Part shown: one piece after another, positions 8,064-16,496 of the stretch
How positions within the stretch are numbered: the first letter of the stretch is position 1
Layout of the letters: the number at the start of each line of letters is the position of its first letter
Virus record (IMG/VR): IMGVR_UViG_3300033565_000054
Span: 1 to 24,652 of that record
Direction: 5' to 3' (one strand)
From: a virus
Taxonomy: Duplodnaviria; Caudoviricetes
Length of the DNA stretch: 24,652 nucleotides
The notes under the pieces: model-generated
Seen by the model: only the letters and a program-made list of their open reading frames with translations
Told to the model about the DNA's origin: nothing
The model's database searches: none
Position numbers and translations under genes: made by a program

Positions 8064-8345
8064 TCATTTTACTTTTTGTTCAAGTGTATCAATGCGGCGA
8101 TGCGCTGCCTTTGTTGATTCTTCAACGCGGCCAATGCGCTCGGTATTGCTATTATGCTTTTCTTCAAGTTCGTCATGATCTTTTCGAAGTCCTATGGCCA
8201 TGTCAAGCTTTGCATTGACGTTTCCCTTCCATTCCGCGTCATTGCTGATCTTGGAATCTCGGGCATGGATCCAACCAGCCAGCCCCACAAAGCAACCCGC
8301 AATCGCGATAAGCACTGATAAGCTGAATGTGGTATCTGGCGACAT
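8064..8345 (-). CDS. Single-TM coiled-coil lysis-associated protein (XhlA/holin-like, 93 aa)
   Basis: N-terminal hydrophobic helix (FSLSVLIAIAGCFVGLAGW), C-terminal coiled coil ERIGRVEESTKAAHRRIDTLE; directly follows the endolysin; AAGGG RBS. Confidence 0.7.
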   Translation of the reverse strand: MSPDTTFSLSVLIAIAGCFVGLAGWIHARDSKISNDAEWKGNVNAKLDMAIGLRKDHDELEEKHNSNTERIGRVEESTKAAHRRIDTLEQKVK

Positions 8346-8348
8346 GGT

Positions 8349-9128
8349 TTATCCCTTTCGTATCGAAGTTGGTTTGAAGTAGGCGGTGATGTATTGTGAT
8401 CCGGTTTCTCCAACCACAGCTTTGAGATTGATCGAACAGCCCACCGAGTAAGGAGCTTTTGGGAGTATCTTGATGACCTTCATACGCCGGCTCCTTAGGC
8501 TCGCTGTGGAACCCCCGGCGCCGAGACTGGTGCCCCTTCCGATCCCGGACACCAAGACGATATCCCCGACTTTGATTTCAGATTGGATCGATTCTTTTTT
8601 AGGCTCGATGTACGTAATGTAACTGTACTTCCCCCAGAATGACCATTTTCGAATCTCATCATTGGATTGGGTGACTCCCCATTTATTCCAGGCGGGAGTG
8701 GCTTCGATGTATTGGCGTTTTCCGGTCGCGTCTTTGCCGATATAGACGCCGACGTGTCCAAGGTTCTCCGTGAAGACAAGTAGCCCTACAAGGTCTGGCA
8801 TGCTGGCAAGGGGGCCTTTTTGAGGGCAAGCAGAGTACATCATTTTAACATTCTGATCCGATCCCTTGGGGATATTGTAAGGTACGATACCGGGCTTTTC
8901 TTCCCAGAGATACCCTTTGATCAAACCCACGCAATCGAAACAATATTTGCCGAGTCCAGCTTGGATCGTTTTGATGTTCTGGATCGTATGCGGACACTTT
9001 AATTGGTTGATCCGTCGATCGATGTTGGTTTGGGTCAGTTTACGTCCAAACCCTCCCAACATATAGATTGTCGGGAGGGTGAGCTTGGTTTTACAGTAAG
9101 CGACTAGTCCTTCATTGGTTTTCGTCAT
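8349..9128 (-). CDS. Endolysin, NlpC/P60-CHAP-like cysteine amidase/peptidase with putative C-terminal cell-wall-binding domain (259 aa)
   Basis: FDCVGLIKG (catalytic Cys), GHVGVYIG (His), IEAT; SH3-like C-terminus IKVGDIVLV. Start reassigned to ATG 9128 after a GAGGA RBS. Confidence 0.82.
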   Translation of the reverse strand: MTKTNEGLVAYCKTKLTLPTIYMLGGFGRKLTQTNIDRRINQLKCPHTIQNIKTIQAGLGKYCFDCVGLIKGYLWEEKPGIVPYNIPKGSDQNVKMMYSACPQKGPLASMPDLVGLLVFTENLGHVGVYIGKDATGKRQYIEATPAWNKWGVTQSNDEIRKWSFWGKYSYITYIEPKKESIQSEIKVGDIVLVSGIGRGTSLGAGGSTASLRSRRMKVIKILPKAPYSVGCSINLKAVVGETGSQYITAYFKPTSIRKG

Positions 9129-9483
9129 GAGGTGAATCCTCGCTTTCATATGCAGATAGGAATGCCAATTCATCCGGTTCGGTTTCTTGTAAGTTCCAAA
9201 TGTCTCTTTTATCTGCGAAGGTCGTCATTTTTTCACCCAGTAGACGGTAAATGGCTTCTGCACCAATGAGGGAATAAAAGCCGACCCAGGCACAAGCTGC
9301 CCAATCATAAGTGGCATAATACCTGGACATGAGAATTCCCAAGGCAAATGCTAGGATTGCGCTGAAGACTTCGACCCAAGTACTATTGGGGAACCATCCT
9401 TTGACACGTTGAACGGTTGGAATAACGACAGCCGAGACCAGGATCGCGACGGTGATTTGTTGAAGCAAGAGTGTAGTATTCAT
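9112..9483 (-). CDS. Putative holin (three TM segments, 123 aa)
   Basis: Three hydrophobic segments and a charged/acidic C-terminal tail; immediately upstream of, and overlapping, the endolysin; AAGGA RBS. Confidence 0.7.
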   Translation of the reverse strand: MNTTLLLQQITVAILVSAVVIPTVQRVKGWFPNSTWVEVFSAILAFALGILMSRYYATYDWAACAWVGFYSLIGAEAIYRLLGEKMTTFADKRDIWNLQETEPDELAFLSAYESEDSPHDENQ

Positions 9484-9500
9484 GTTTGTTCCTTTTCCTT

Positions 9501-10130
9501 TTACGAATTACTTTCTTTCCATTGGGATCCATCCCAGATTTTGACCGGTTTTTCCAACCAGGAGGATCCATTGAAGACTTTGGCGGGTTTGGACTCAAAG
9601 ACCGATCCATTCCAGACTTTGACCTGGCCACCGGTCTTGTAGACGACCTCGACGTAGAGGGCTTCATTTGCCCAGGTATTGGTCACCGCGAAGGATCCGG
9701 GTGTCGATCGTGAGGCATTGAGATAATCTGTATTCTGTCCTGAAGCACTGGTCCTTGAGCCAAACCACAACGCTCTATTGGCATCCGCAGAGTTCCGTGC
9801 GAATCCTATCAATAATGGTGTCCCTGCCGCGATCTTGACGTTCTGCATCGGGAAGGTCACTTTAACCAGTTCGGAGTACGTATCCGTCGTGTTGGTTGGG
9901 GAGATCGAGTTCAGAGACTGTGCAAGGATTGCTCCGGTACTACGATTCCATATTTCGCCCCAAACAATCGGAACGGTTGCATCCGCATAGCGACCGAGAT
10001 ACACCGAAAGCTGCAGGATTGTTCCGTCCTCGGGCATGGTGGAGCGTAGTCCGACACAGGCGTAAGTGGAGGATCCTCCCCAGCGTCCGTAGTTTGGAGC
10101 GGTTAAGTAACCAAAGGTTTGGTTTGCCAT
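9501..10130 (-). CDS. Putative tail-tip/receptor-binding protein (209 aa)
   Basis: Last gene of the tail module; beta-rich composition; C-terminal triple K(V/I)(W/F)(N/D)GS repeats of the kind found in fibre proteins. Confidence 0.6.
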   Translation of the reverse strand: MANQTFGYLTAPNYGRWGGSSTYACVGLRSTMPEDGTILQLSVYLGRYADATVPIVWGEIWNRSTGAILAQSLNSISPTNTTDTYSELVKVTFPMQNVKIAAGTPLLIGFARNSADANRALWFGSRTSASGQNTDYLNASRSTPGSFAVTNTWANEALYVEVVYKTGGQVKVWNGSVFESKPAKVFNGSSWLEKPVKIWDGSQWKESNS

Positions 10131-10147
10131 TTTACTTTCCCTTCCAC

Positions 10148-11233
10148 CTAGTTGGTGTCGATCCAGACATCTCCAGTGGCAGGCGATGTGGGTGCGACTG
10201 TCCCAACCGTGATCTTCTTTCCTCCGACTTTGAGGGCATCCGCTGCTTGAGCCGAGGATCCTAATTTGGCATTCAACTGCGATTGAATCCCGGATGTCAC
10301 CCCGGCCAACGTTCCCAACTCCACATTGGTGATATCACTGTTGGCGACTTTGCCATTTCCATCCGAAAGTAAGACTCTGTTGGCGTTTAAACTCCCGGAT
10401 GTAATGGTGGAAGCTGCGCCAATGATGGTGGCTTGTTTCGCGTTGAGCTGTGTCTGGATTGCTGATGTTACTCCCGCCAGGGTTCCAAGTTCTGTTGCGG
10501 AGACAGCTGCAGCGATGACTTTCCCGCTTCCATCCGAAATGAGGGTTTTGTTGAAGGAGAGATTGCTGCCAGCTATCGTTGATGCAGCCCCATTGATCGT
10601 CGCTTGTTTTGCGTTGAGCTGTGTTTGGATTGCGGAGGTGACGCCACTTAACATACCGAGTTCAACATTCGTCACAGGACTAACATCGAGTTCTCCAGAC
10701 ACATCGGAGATCAGCGCGCGATTAGGTGTCATGTAGGGCAGATTGGTAATCGTCGAGGACACAAATCCGCACACACTCGCATCGGTTCGCGTATCGGTGA
10801 TGTTTCCAGCCGAGATCGAACTTACCCCGGCGTTGACTTGAATCAGGGCTAAGGAGAGTTCAATGCTTTCCGCATCGCGCGTAACACCCGGAGCGACCGG
10901 ATTCGACGCTGCCATGCCTTCCTTGCGTACAATCGTCATACTCCTGGAGGCAAACTGCAGTCGAATGACGTATCGATCAATGCGATTTAACACTGCGTTC
11001 ACCGGAATGATCTCGGTAGTGTCCGCGTCATTGATGAGGAAGTAACCATTGATCCAAGCTTTCCCTGCCTTGATTTTAAGCGTCAAGCCGGTTGTTGCTT
11101 CGATCTTTAGACTTGTACTGGGCTCAGGGAAAACCCCGCTCCCAATGAAGGCAGCGAAGTATTCCGCAAACTCCGCAGCCGAGTACAATCGATCGCCTGC
11201 AACACTATTGAAGAATCCACTTCGTAGAGCCAT
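10148..11233 (-). CDS. Upper-baseplate/tail fibre protein with three 57-aa repeats (361 aa)
   Basis: N-terminus SGFFNS..DRLYSA..AGKAWING..RIDR typical of siphophage fibre-anchor domains; repeats LISDxxG...ELGxLxGVTSxIQxQLNAK; C-terminal APTSPATGDVWID; AAGGAG RBS. Confidence 0.75.
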   Translation of the reverse strand: MALRSGFFNSVAGDRLYSAAEFAEYFAAFIGSGVFPEPSTSLKIEATTGLTLKIKAGKAWINGYFLINDADTTEIIPVNAVLNRIDRYVIRLQFASRSMTIVRKEGMAASNPVAPGVTRDAESIELSLALIQVNAGVSSISAGNITDTRTDASVCGFVSSTITNLPYMTPNRALISDVSGELDVSPVTNVELGMLSGVTSAIQTQLNAKQATINGAASTIAGSNLSFNKTLISDGSGKVIAAAVSATELGTLAGVTSAIQTQLNAKQATIIGAASTITSGSLNANRVLLSDGNGKVANSDITNVELGTLAGVTSGIQSQLNAKLGSSAQAADALKVGGKKITVGTVAPTSPATGDVWIDTN

Positions 11234-11250
11234 GTTTCAACTCTCCTTCC

Positions 11251-13119
11251 TTACGCAGTACGCTTCCAAACATAGACAGAGATATAGGGTGGCAGATTCG
11301 AGGTACTTCCAGTGGATCCTGGTGTTGTCGCATCCGTCGTTAAGACAATGGATCCTGTGTTCCCTGGAGTCGTAGCATCGGTGTTCAATGCAGTCGAACC
11401 CGTGTTTCCTGGGGTTGTTGAATCGGTCGATGAACTGGTATTGTCAGTGGATCCACCCAGTTCAGTCGCAGCACCATTGGTTGCAGAGGATGCTGACCAA
11501 GCTCCAGCGTTCTTGTTTGTCTCTGTCCAAACGGGAGATACAGATTTTTGACGATTGTAGATGTACCCGGTATTCCCGCGAATCAAGGCGTAGCCTGCAA
11601 CCAAGGTATGGTTGTGGGCAGGAACGACATGGGTATGCGTGGCTGAACTGTGATTATGAGCTGCGACGCCATGATTGTGCGCGGCTGAACTATGACTGTG
11701 AGCTGCAACATCGTGGGTATGTGAAGGCGAAGTATGCGCATGGGTTGCGGATCCACCACTGGACCCTGGACTATACGTCGGTCCACCCGCCAACAAGAAT
11801 TTGTCCGAAATCTGCACCCAAGTTCCACCAAAGAGAATCCCTGGGCTTGTTGAAACTACACTTAGATACAAAGCACCAATCGGATAGATCAGACTCCAAA
11901 GGTTGTTGAGCTGCGTTTGAAGCGCTGACGTTACCCCAGCAAGATACCCGACTTCAGTCGACGAAGGAGATCCGGCGACAAGGTTTCCTGATCCATCTGA
12001 AATCACGACTCGATTGGGAGTCAGGGTTGGTGACCCGCTTGCTCCAGATTCTGAAGTATCAGGTTCGTTCAATGAATGAACTCTCGTTGCTTGGCCAAAG
12101 ACTGGGAGAACAGAACTTCCATTGGAATCTTCAACCTCGGTGATCTCCGTGATACGCACATGGATTCGTTTCCCCCAACGGCTATTTTCAATGGTCACGA
12201 TGTCCCCTAAGTCATAGTCGACTTTATAGGTACCATTGCCATTAGGGAGAACCGTTCCTTCAAAGGTTTCCACCGTTGGTGTCAAGGCTTCAAATCCTTT
12301 TTGAGCAAGCAGTGTCTCATATTCCTCCGTGCTCATTCCATCTTCGATGCGAATGTCTTTTGCATTCACGAAGACTTCGCGACGTCCTAAGCCGCTTTCG
12401 CTCCCGACGAGAATTAGCGTTCGGCCTTCTTTGACCCCTTCCCCACCCACAAAGGCAAGGTTGGAAATGGCTTGCGCATTTTCCTGATAGGTTGAGGTCA
12501 GTAGATTGTCGTAATCATTACTGAAGATAAAGCGGGGATTCTCACTCTGTAGAAAGGATCGGTCCAACGGTTTCATCACTTCAAAGCGGAATTTCTTCTC
12601 ACTTGGAATGAAGCGAACACGGAAACCGAGTCCACTGGTTTCGGACAGGCTTCTTAGGGTAGATAAGAGATTCTTGTAGGTCGCTTGAAACTGAATCATC
12701 TCGGTGAATCCCATCAAGGGTCCGAGTTCAACTTCAGGCATGATCCGCTCCGAGAGCGTCGGGGTTATGCAGCATGCACTGACTAAGCTTCGCATGGCTT
12801 CTTCAACGGTTGTATTGAAGGTATGTGTCTCAAAAAGGATCCGTCGATCGAGGATACTGGATCCAAATCGCCCGGTTATCTTTAAGTTCTCCCCCGCTTC
12901 GTTTTGCTCCAGCGATAAGGTTTCGATAATTCCAAATTCGAGCGCATCCTTCTTAGTTACCAAGTGATTCATCTTAAGCAACTCAATGGCTTCTGGTGTG
13001 GCTGGGACATGGATTTCAAAGTCTCCACAAGAATGAAAGACACGATGCCATATCACATCAGTCGCGGTATCGAGGATGCCAATCAAGTCAAGTTGTGTAT
13101 CATAGATCCGTAGTTCCAT
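11251..13119 (-). CDS. Tal/baseplate-hub-like (ReqiPepy6 Gp37-like) protein fused to a fibre/needle domain with HxH heptads (622 aa)
   Basis: Follows Dit. Residues 1-342 are Gp37-like (WHRVF..GDFE, GGEG..GRREVFV, YKVDYDLGDIVT). The C-terminal part has a YPIG..Y..FGGTW...NLPPY.VY.WKRTA collar-like domain enclosing seven HxH motifs. Confidence 0.8.
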   Translation of the reverse strand: MELRIYDTQLDLIGILDTATDVIWHRVFHSCGDFEIHVPATPEAIELLKMNHLVTKKDALEFGIIETLSLEQNEAGENLKITGRFGSSILDRRILFETHTFNTTVEEAMRSLVSACCITPTLSERIMPEVELGPLMGFTEMIQFQATYKNLLSTLRSLSETSGLGFRVRFIPSEKKFRFEVMKPLDRSFLQSENPRFIFSNDYDNLLTSTYQENAQAISNLAFVGGEGVKEGRTLILVGSESGLGRREVFVNAKDIRIEDGMSTEEYETLLAQKGFEALTPTVETFEGTVLPNGNGTYKVDYDLGDIVTIENSRWGKRIHVRITEITEVEDSNGSSVLPVFGQATRVHSLNEPDTSESGASGSPTLTPNRVVISDGSGNLVAGSPSSTEVGYLAGVTSALQTQLNNLWSLIYPIGALYLSVVSTSPGILFGGTWVQISDKFLLAGGPTYSPGSSGGSATHAHTSPSHTHDVAAHSHSSAAHNHGVAAHNHSSATHTHVVPAHNHTLVAGYALIRGNTGYIYNRQKSVSPVWTETNKNAGAWSASSATNGAATELGGSTDNTSSSTDSTTPGNTGSTALNTDATTPGNTGSIVLTTDATTPGSTGSTSNLPPYISVYVWKRTA

Positions 13120-13122
13120 TGG

Positions 13123-13971
13123 CTATACCCCGCTGTATTTAGGACGAAAGGTAATCTCTGTAAACAACGAAGAAGAACCGCTGCTGCTGGTGGCGTAAAG
13201 GACGTTGTCTCCTTCTTCCAACTGCAGGAAAGTGGATCCCAAGGCCAAGGCATTGAAGAGGTTGGTAACTTCACCGCCCCGCAAGCGCTCAATGCGTTTC
13301 TTGCCAACATCCGTTGTAATCGTCAGTACATCCCCCGCCAACATCGTCGTTTGGAGTTCGATATACGTCAGAGTTTGGGTATTGATGAGTTTCGGATTCA
13401 CCACTTCCCCATCGGCACTATAGCGAATCTTCATACCAACGGATATGTCTCCAGGATTATAGAGGTTCACCGCTTCAGAGGGAACCACAATCCCCATTTC
13501 AACGCCTAATCCGGTGAGTTGAAGTGGAAAAGTGAAGGTGGATTCGATGAAGGAAATGTCTGTCAAGATGTCCTGTAGGGCTTCGAAGTAGGGTTGAGGA
13601 CAAAGCAAGGAAATCATCGCTTTGACTGGCCAACTCATCGGAGGAATTTCCAACGCTTCGACGTAAGCCTCGATCTGTGCCTCGATCCGCTCAGAGGTAT
13701 AAATCAACATCCCCTTCTGCTTGATTTTGAAAACATCGTAGAGTTTCTGGCGGTTGGATTCCACCTCTCCCTGAAGTTGGAGCGTGAGGATCAGATTGCG
13801 TGGATTCACTGACGCATTGACAAAGGTTGCGCCATCAAAGCCGGCGATGGCTTGGATTTGGATGTTGGCTTTAGGCGGCGTGATGCCGGTAAAATCGATC
13901 AATACGAAGTCACTGTCTTCCCCGAGGTCGAGGGATTGCTGCTTCGCATTGATGTATTGAAGTTGGATCAT
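13123..13971 (-). CDS. Distal tail protein (Dit, Sipho_tail family, 282 aa)
   Basis: Directly after the tape measure gene; motifs G.DG....PRNL.L, CPQPYF, NPGD..VG, FLQLEEGDN. Confidence 0.82.
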   Translation of the reverse strand: MIQLQYINAKQQSLDLGEDSDFVLIDFTGITPPKANIQIQAIAGFDGATFVNASVNPRNLILTLQLQGEVESNRQKLYDVFKIKQKGMLIYTSERIEAQIEAYVEALEIPPMSWPVKAMISLLCPQPYFEALQDILTDISFIESTFTFPLQLTGLGVEMGIVVPSEAVNLYNPGDISVGMKIRYSADGEVVNPKLINTQTLTYIELQTTMLAGDVLTITTDVGKKRIERLRGGEVTNLFNALALGSTFLQLEEGDNVLYATSSSGSSSLFTEITFRPKYSGV

Positions 13972-13974
13972 GCC

Positions 13975-15924
13975 TTACCCTCCCTTACTCAAAGCGACGG
14001 CCAACACTTGACTAGCATTTTTCGTTTGCCGATAGACTTCATAGGCCGAAAGGGCTTTTGGCGATACGATGTTTTGCGTCAATTGAATCGAAGGTCCGCT
14101 CGAACCGGATGCTGCAGAAGTGAAGTTGCTCGGTTGAACATTTGCATTAAAGGATGTCGGAATCGCCTTCTGGATGTCCGCATTGATTGATTTCATCTCG
14201 CTGCTAAACCCCGATCCTAAGCCAAGTGCCATGTTCTCTCCAATCCCCGCGAAGACTTTGGAAGGCGATCGGATCCCTAATAGATCCTTTGCCCCATCGA
14301 TGATCCCAGAGAAGAAGCCACCAACTTTATCTCCGATCCATGACGTCATGCCTTGAATACCATTCCATACTCCTTCGACGATGTTGGAACCAATGTCCTT
14401 GAACCAATCCCCAACCTTTGAGAGGCTTTCGGGGATGGTTTTGGTAAAGAAGGTTACAATCTTCCCTACCACCTCGCTGATCGTCGTCAAGATTCCCTCA
14501 AAGATTTTCTTCACAGCTTTACGGAAATCCTCGTTGGTATTCCAGAGGATGAGGATCCCCGCGACAAGAGCGGCGACAAGGGTGATAATGATTCCAATCG
14601 GATTGGCGGCCATTACAATATTCAGTAGAGCTTGGGCGGCACTCATCCCTTCGGTAGCGGTTTGCCAACCTTTGACCATCGTGATTAATCCCTGGATCAT
14701 GGTCACCACATTCCAAGCTGCGAGCCCAGCTGCAATCCCACCGATCACGGCGACGATCATTGGCCCATTTTCGATCGTAAAGGTGATGAAACCATGAATG
14801 GCCTCGATGATCGCGGGCATGTTGTCTTTGAGTTGGGTAACTAGGTCATTGATCACCGGGGTAAGTTGCGCCAAGGCTTCGTTCATCAAACCTTGCGTGG
14901 AGGCTTTCAGGGTCTCCATGTTGTCGTCAAATTGTCCCAAAGCACTTACACCTTCATTGCTGACTACCGCCCCGACCTGGTGCGCTTCTTGGGCTAAGCG
15001 GCTGAGCTCCGTCGAACCTGCCTTGATCAGTGGATTCAATTCCGTCGCACTCTTTCCAAAGATCTGCATAGCTAAGGCATCGCGTTCGGTCTCATTGGTG
15101 ACTTTACCTAAGGTATCGATGACTTCATAGAAGACGTCTTTGTTGTTGCGTAAGGATCCATCCGCATTGGTGATTTGGACATCGAGTTCTTTGTATGCAG
15201 CTGCTTGATCGTTGAGTTTTCCGGAAGACAGTGCATCGCGAGCATCATCCATCGTACGGGTCATCTTATTCAGAGATCCAGTCATGGTTTCAACAGACAC
15301 ATCCACAAAGCGAGCTGCATAGTCCAACTCTTGCAGCTGCTGGACGGAGATTCCGGTTTTATTGGAGAGTGTGATGAGATCATCCGCAAAGTGTCCGGCA
15401 TCACTCATCAATTTCAGGATCGCTGCACCTGCAGCCGCTGCGGCCGCCGTCACGGCGACGAGGGCTTTCTTTCCGAGTTCATTCATCGATGACGTGAGCT
15501 CATCGGTTTTCTTCTTCAAGGTTTCTTTTTGTTTCGCGAGATCCTCTGAACCATCTTTTAGTTTCGTGAGGGCGGTTTGGGTCTCATCCAGTTCGAGTTT
15601 GTTGCGATTCAGGGAAGCAGATTCACGGTTAATGGATACCTCAAGATCCTGGGCGGCTTTCGAATTGTTTCCATAGGCTTCGGAGACTTGTTGGTGTTGT
15701 TCCTTAAGAGCTCGAACCTTCTGTTCTTGGATGTCGACGATGGTTGAGAGGCTTTTGATTCGAGCACTGAGTCCATCTGCGTTTTCACCCCAGGTTCCCA
15801 TACTTGCGGCAGCGGCTTTGAATTCGGAGTCCGCAATCCGGATCAAGCGATTGGCTTCGGTCAGTCCGGCTTTGAGATCCGTTGTATCGAGTGTCCATTT
15901 CCCGCCTAAGATTTCATCGGCCAT
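13975..15924 (-). CDS. Tail tape measure protein (about 649 aa)
   Basis: Long Ala-rich helical/coiled-coil protein with hydrophobic segments, ANPIG, W/F-spaced repeats and LGIRSPSKVF; follows the tail chaperones. Start set at ATG 15924. Confidence 0.9.
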   Translation of the reverse strand: MADEILGGKWTLDTTDLKAGLTEANRLIRIADSEFKAAAASMGTWGENADGLSARIKSLSTIVDIQEQKVRALKEQHQQVSEAYGNNSKAAQDLEVSINRESASLNRNKLELDETQTALTKLKDGSEDLAKQKETLKKKTDELTSSMNELGKKALVAVTAAAAAAGAAILKLMSDAGHFADDLITLSNKTGISVQQLQELDYAARFVDVSVETMTGSLNKMTRTMDDARDALSSGKLNDQAAAYKELDVQITNADGSLRNNKDVFYEVIDTLGKVTNETERDALAMQIFGKSATELNPLIKAGSTELSRLAQEAHQVGAVVSNEGVSALGQFDDNMETLKASTQGLMNEALAQLTPVINDLVTQLKDNMPAIIEAIHGFITFTIENGPMIVAVIGGIAAGLAAWNVVTMIQGLITMVKGWQTATEGMSAAQALLNIVMAANPIGIIITLVAALVAGILILWNTNEDFRKAVKKIFEGILTTISEVVGKIVTFFTKTIPESLSKVGDWFKDIGSNIVEGVWNGIQGMTSWIGDKVGGFFSGIIDGAKDLLGIRSPSKVFAGIGENMALGLGSGFSSEMKSINADIQKAIPTSFNANVQPSNFTSAASGSSGPSIQLTQNIVSPKALSAYEVYRQTKNASQVLAVALSKGG

Positions 15925-15942
15925 TCGCAATCACCGTCCTTT

Positions 15943-16167
15943 CTAGAACCAGTTCACTTGATCTGCATAGACTTTCTTTCGTTGTTTCATTCTCTCGGGT
16001 GAACTTGGTTTCTTGCGTCCTTGCCGAGAAAGTTTGTTGATCAGCAAGATGACTTCATCGGCTTCTTTTTTCCGTAGTCGAAATGGATCCAATGCGGGAA
16101 ATGCTTTACAGAGGTTTATTACAAGCTCAAAGAGGATTTCGGAAAGTGGTGAAGACTCGTCAGCCAT
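15943..16167 (-). CDS. Tail assembly chaperone, downstream (gpT-like) part, probably made as a -1 frameshift fusion
   Basis: Open in the -1 frame from the slippery heptamer at 16194-16200 through to the stop at 15943; sits just before the tape measure gene. Confidence 0.72.
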   Translation of the reverse strand: MADESSPLSEILFELVINLCKAFPALDPFRLRKKEADEVILLINKLSRQGRKKPSSPERMKQRKKVYADQVNWF

Positions 16168-16200
16168 CGCTAAGGAGTCTTCACCGTTTCCACGTTTTTT
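16148..16200 (-). promoter_or_regulatory. Programmed -1 ribosomal frameshift signal (A AAA AAC plus 3' hairpin)
   Basis: In-frame heptamer A_AAA_AAC (16200-16194), 8-nt spacer, then an 11-bp perfect stem GGTGAAGACTC/GAGTCTTCACC (16185-16148). Confidence 0.8.
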
Positions 16201-16484
16201 TCAGAGGTTCCCTCGATGTTTTTGACGACATTGACGATCTGTTGGAAACATCGTTTGATGTCATTTACATCCGCTTGGCGCAAGAGCTCTTTCGTCAATT
16301 TTGGAAAGACCAATTGGATGAAGGTACCCATTGCTTGAATCGCTTCACGTTCGGACTTTCCAGCAAGTTTTTCCGAGAGATCCACCACATCTTCGATGAT
16401 TCCCCAGCGGATTCGACTTTCGGTAAATTCCGCGAGGATTTCATCCTTTTCATCGTAAATCGTTAACGAGATACTTGATTTCAT
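16170..16484 (-). CDS. Tail assembly chaperone (gpG-like, 104 aa)
   Basis: Between the major tail and tape measure genes; GAGGTGA RBS; slippery site near the C-terminus (EKN). Confidence 0.8.
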   Translation of the reverse strand: MKSSISLTIYDEKDEILAEFTESRIRWGIIEDVVDLSEKLAGKSEREAIQAMGTFIQLVFPKLTKELLRQADVNDIKRCFQQIVNVVKNIEGTSEKNVETVKTP

Positions 16485-16496
16485 TCACTCACCTCG

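Noticed and set aside
11300-11745. CRISPR-like short periodic DNA repeats
   Set aside because: Periods of 21 and 45 nt are codon multiples with synonymous variation and no unique spacers; they are coding repeats.
9501-13119. Diversity-generating retroelement or invertible tail-fibre switch
   Set aside because: No reverse transcriptase or invertase in the window, no TR/VR pair differing only at adenines, and the repeats are in-frame protein repeats in direct orientation.
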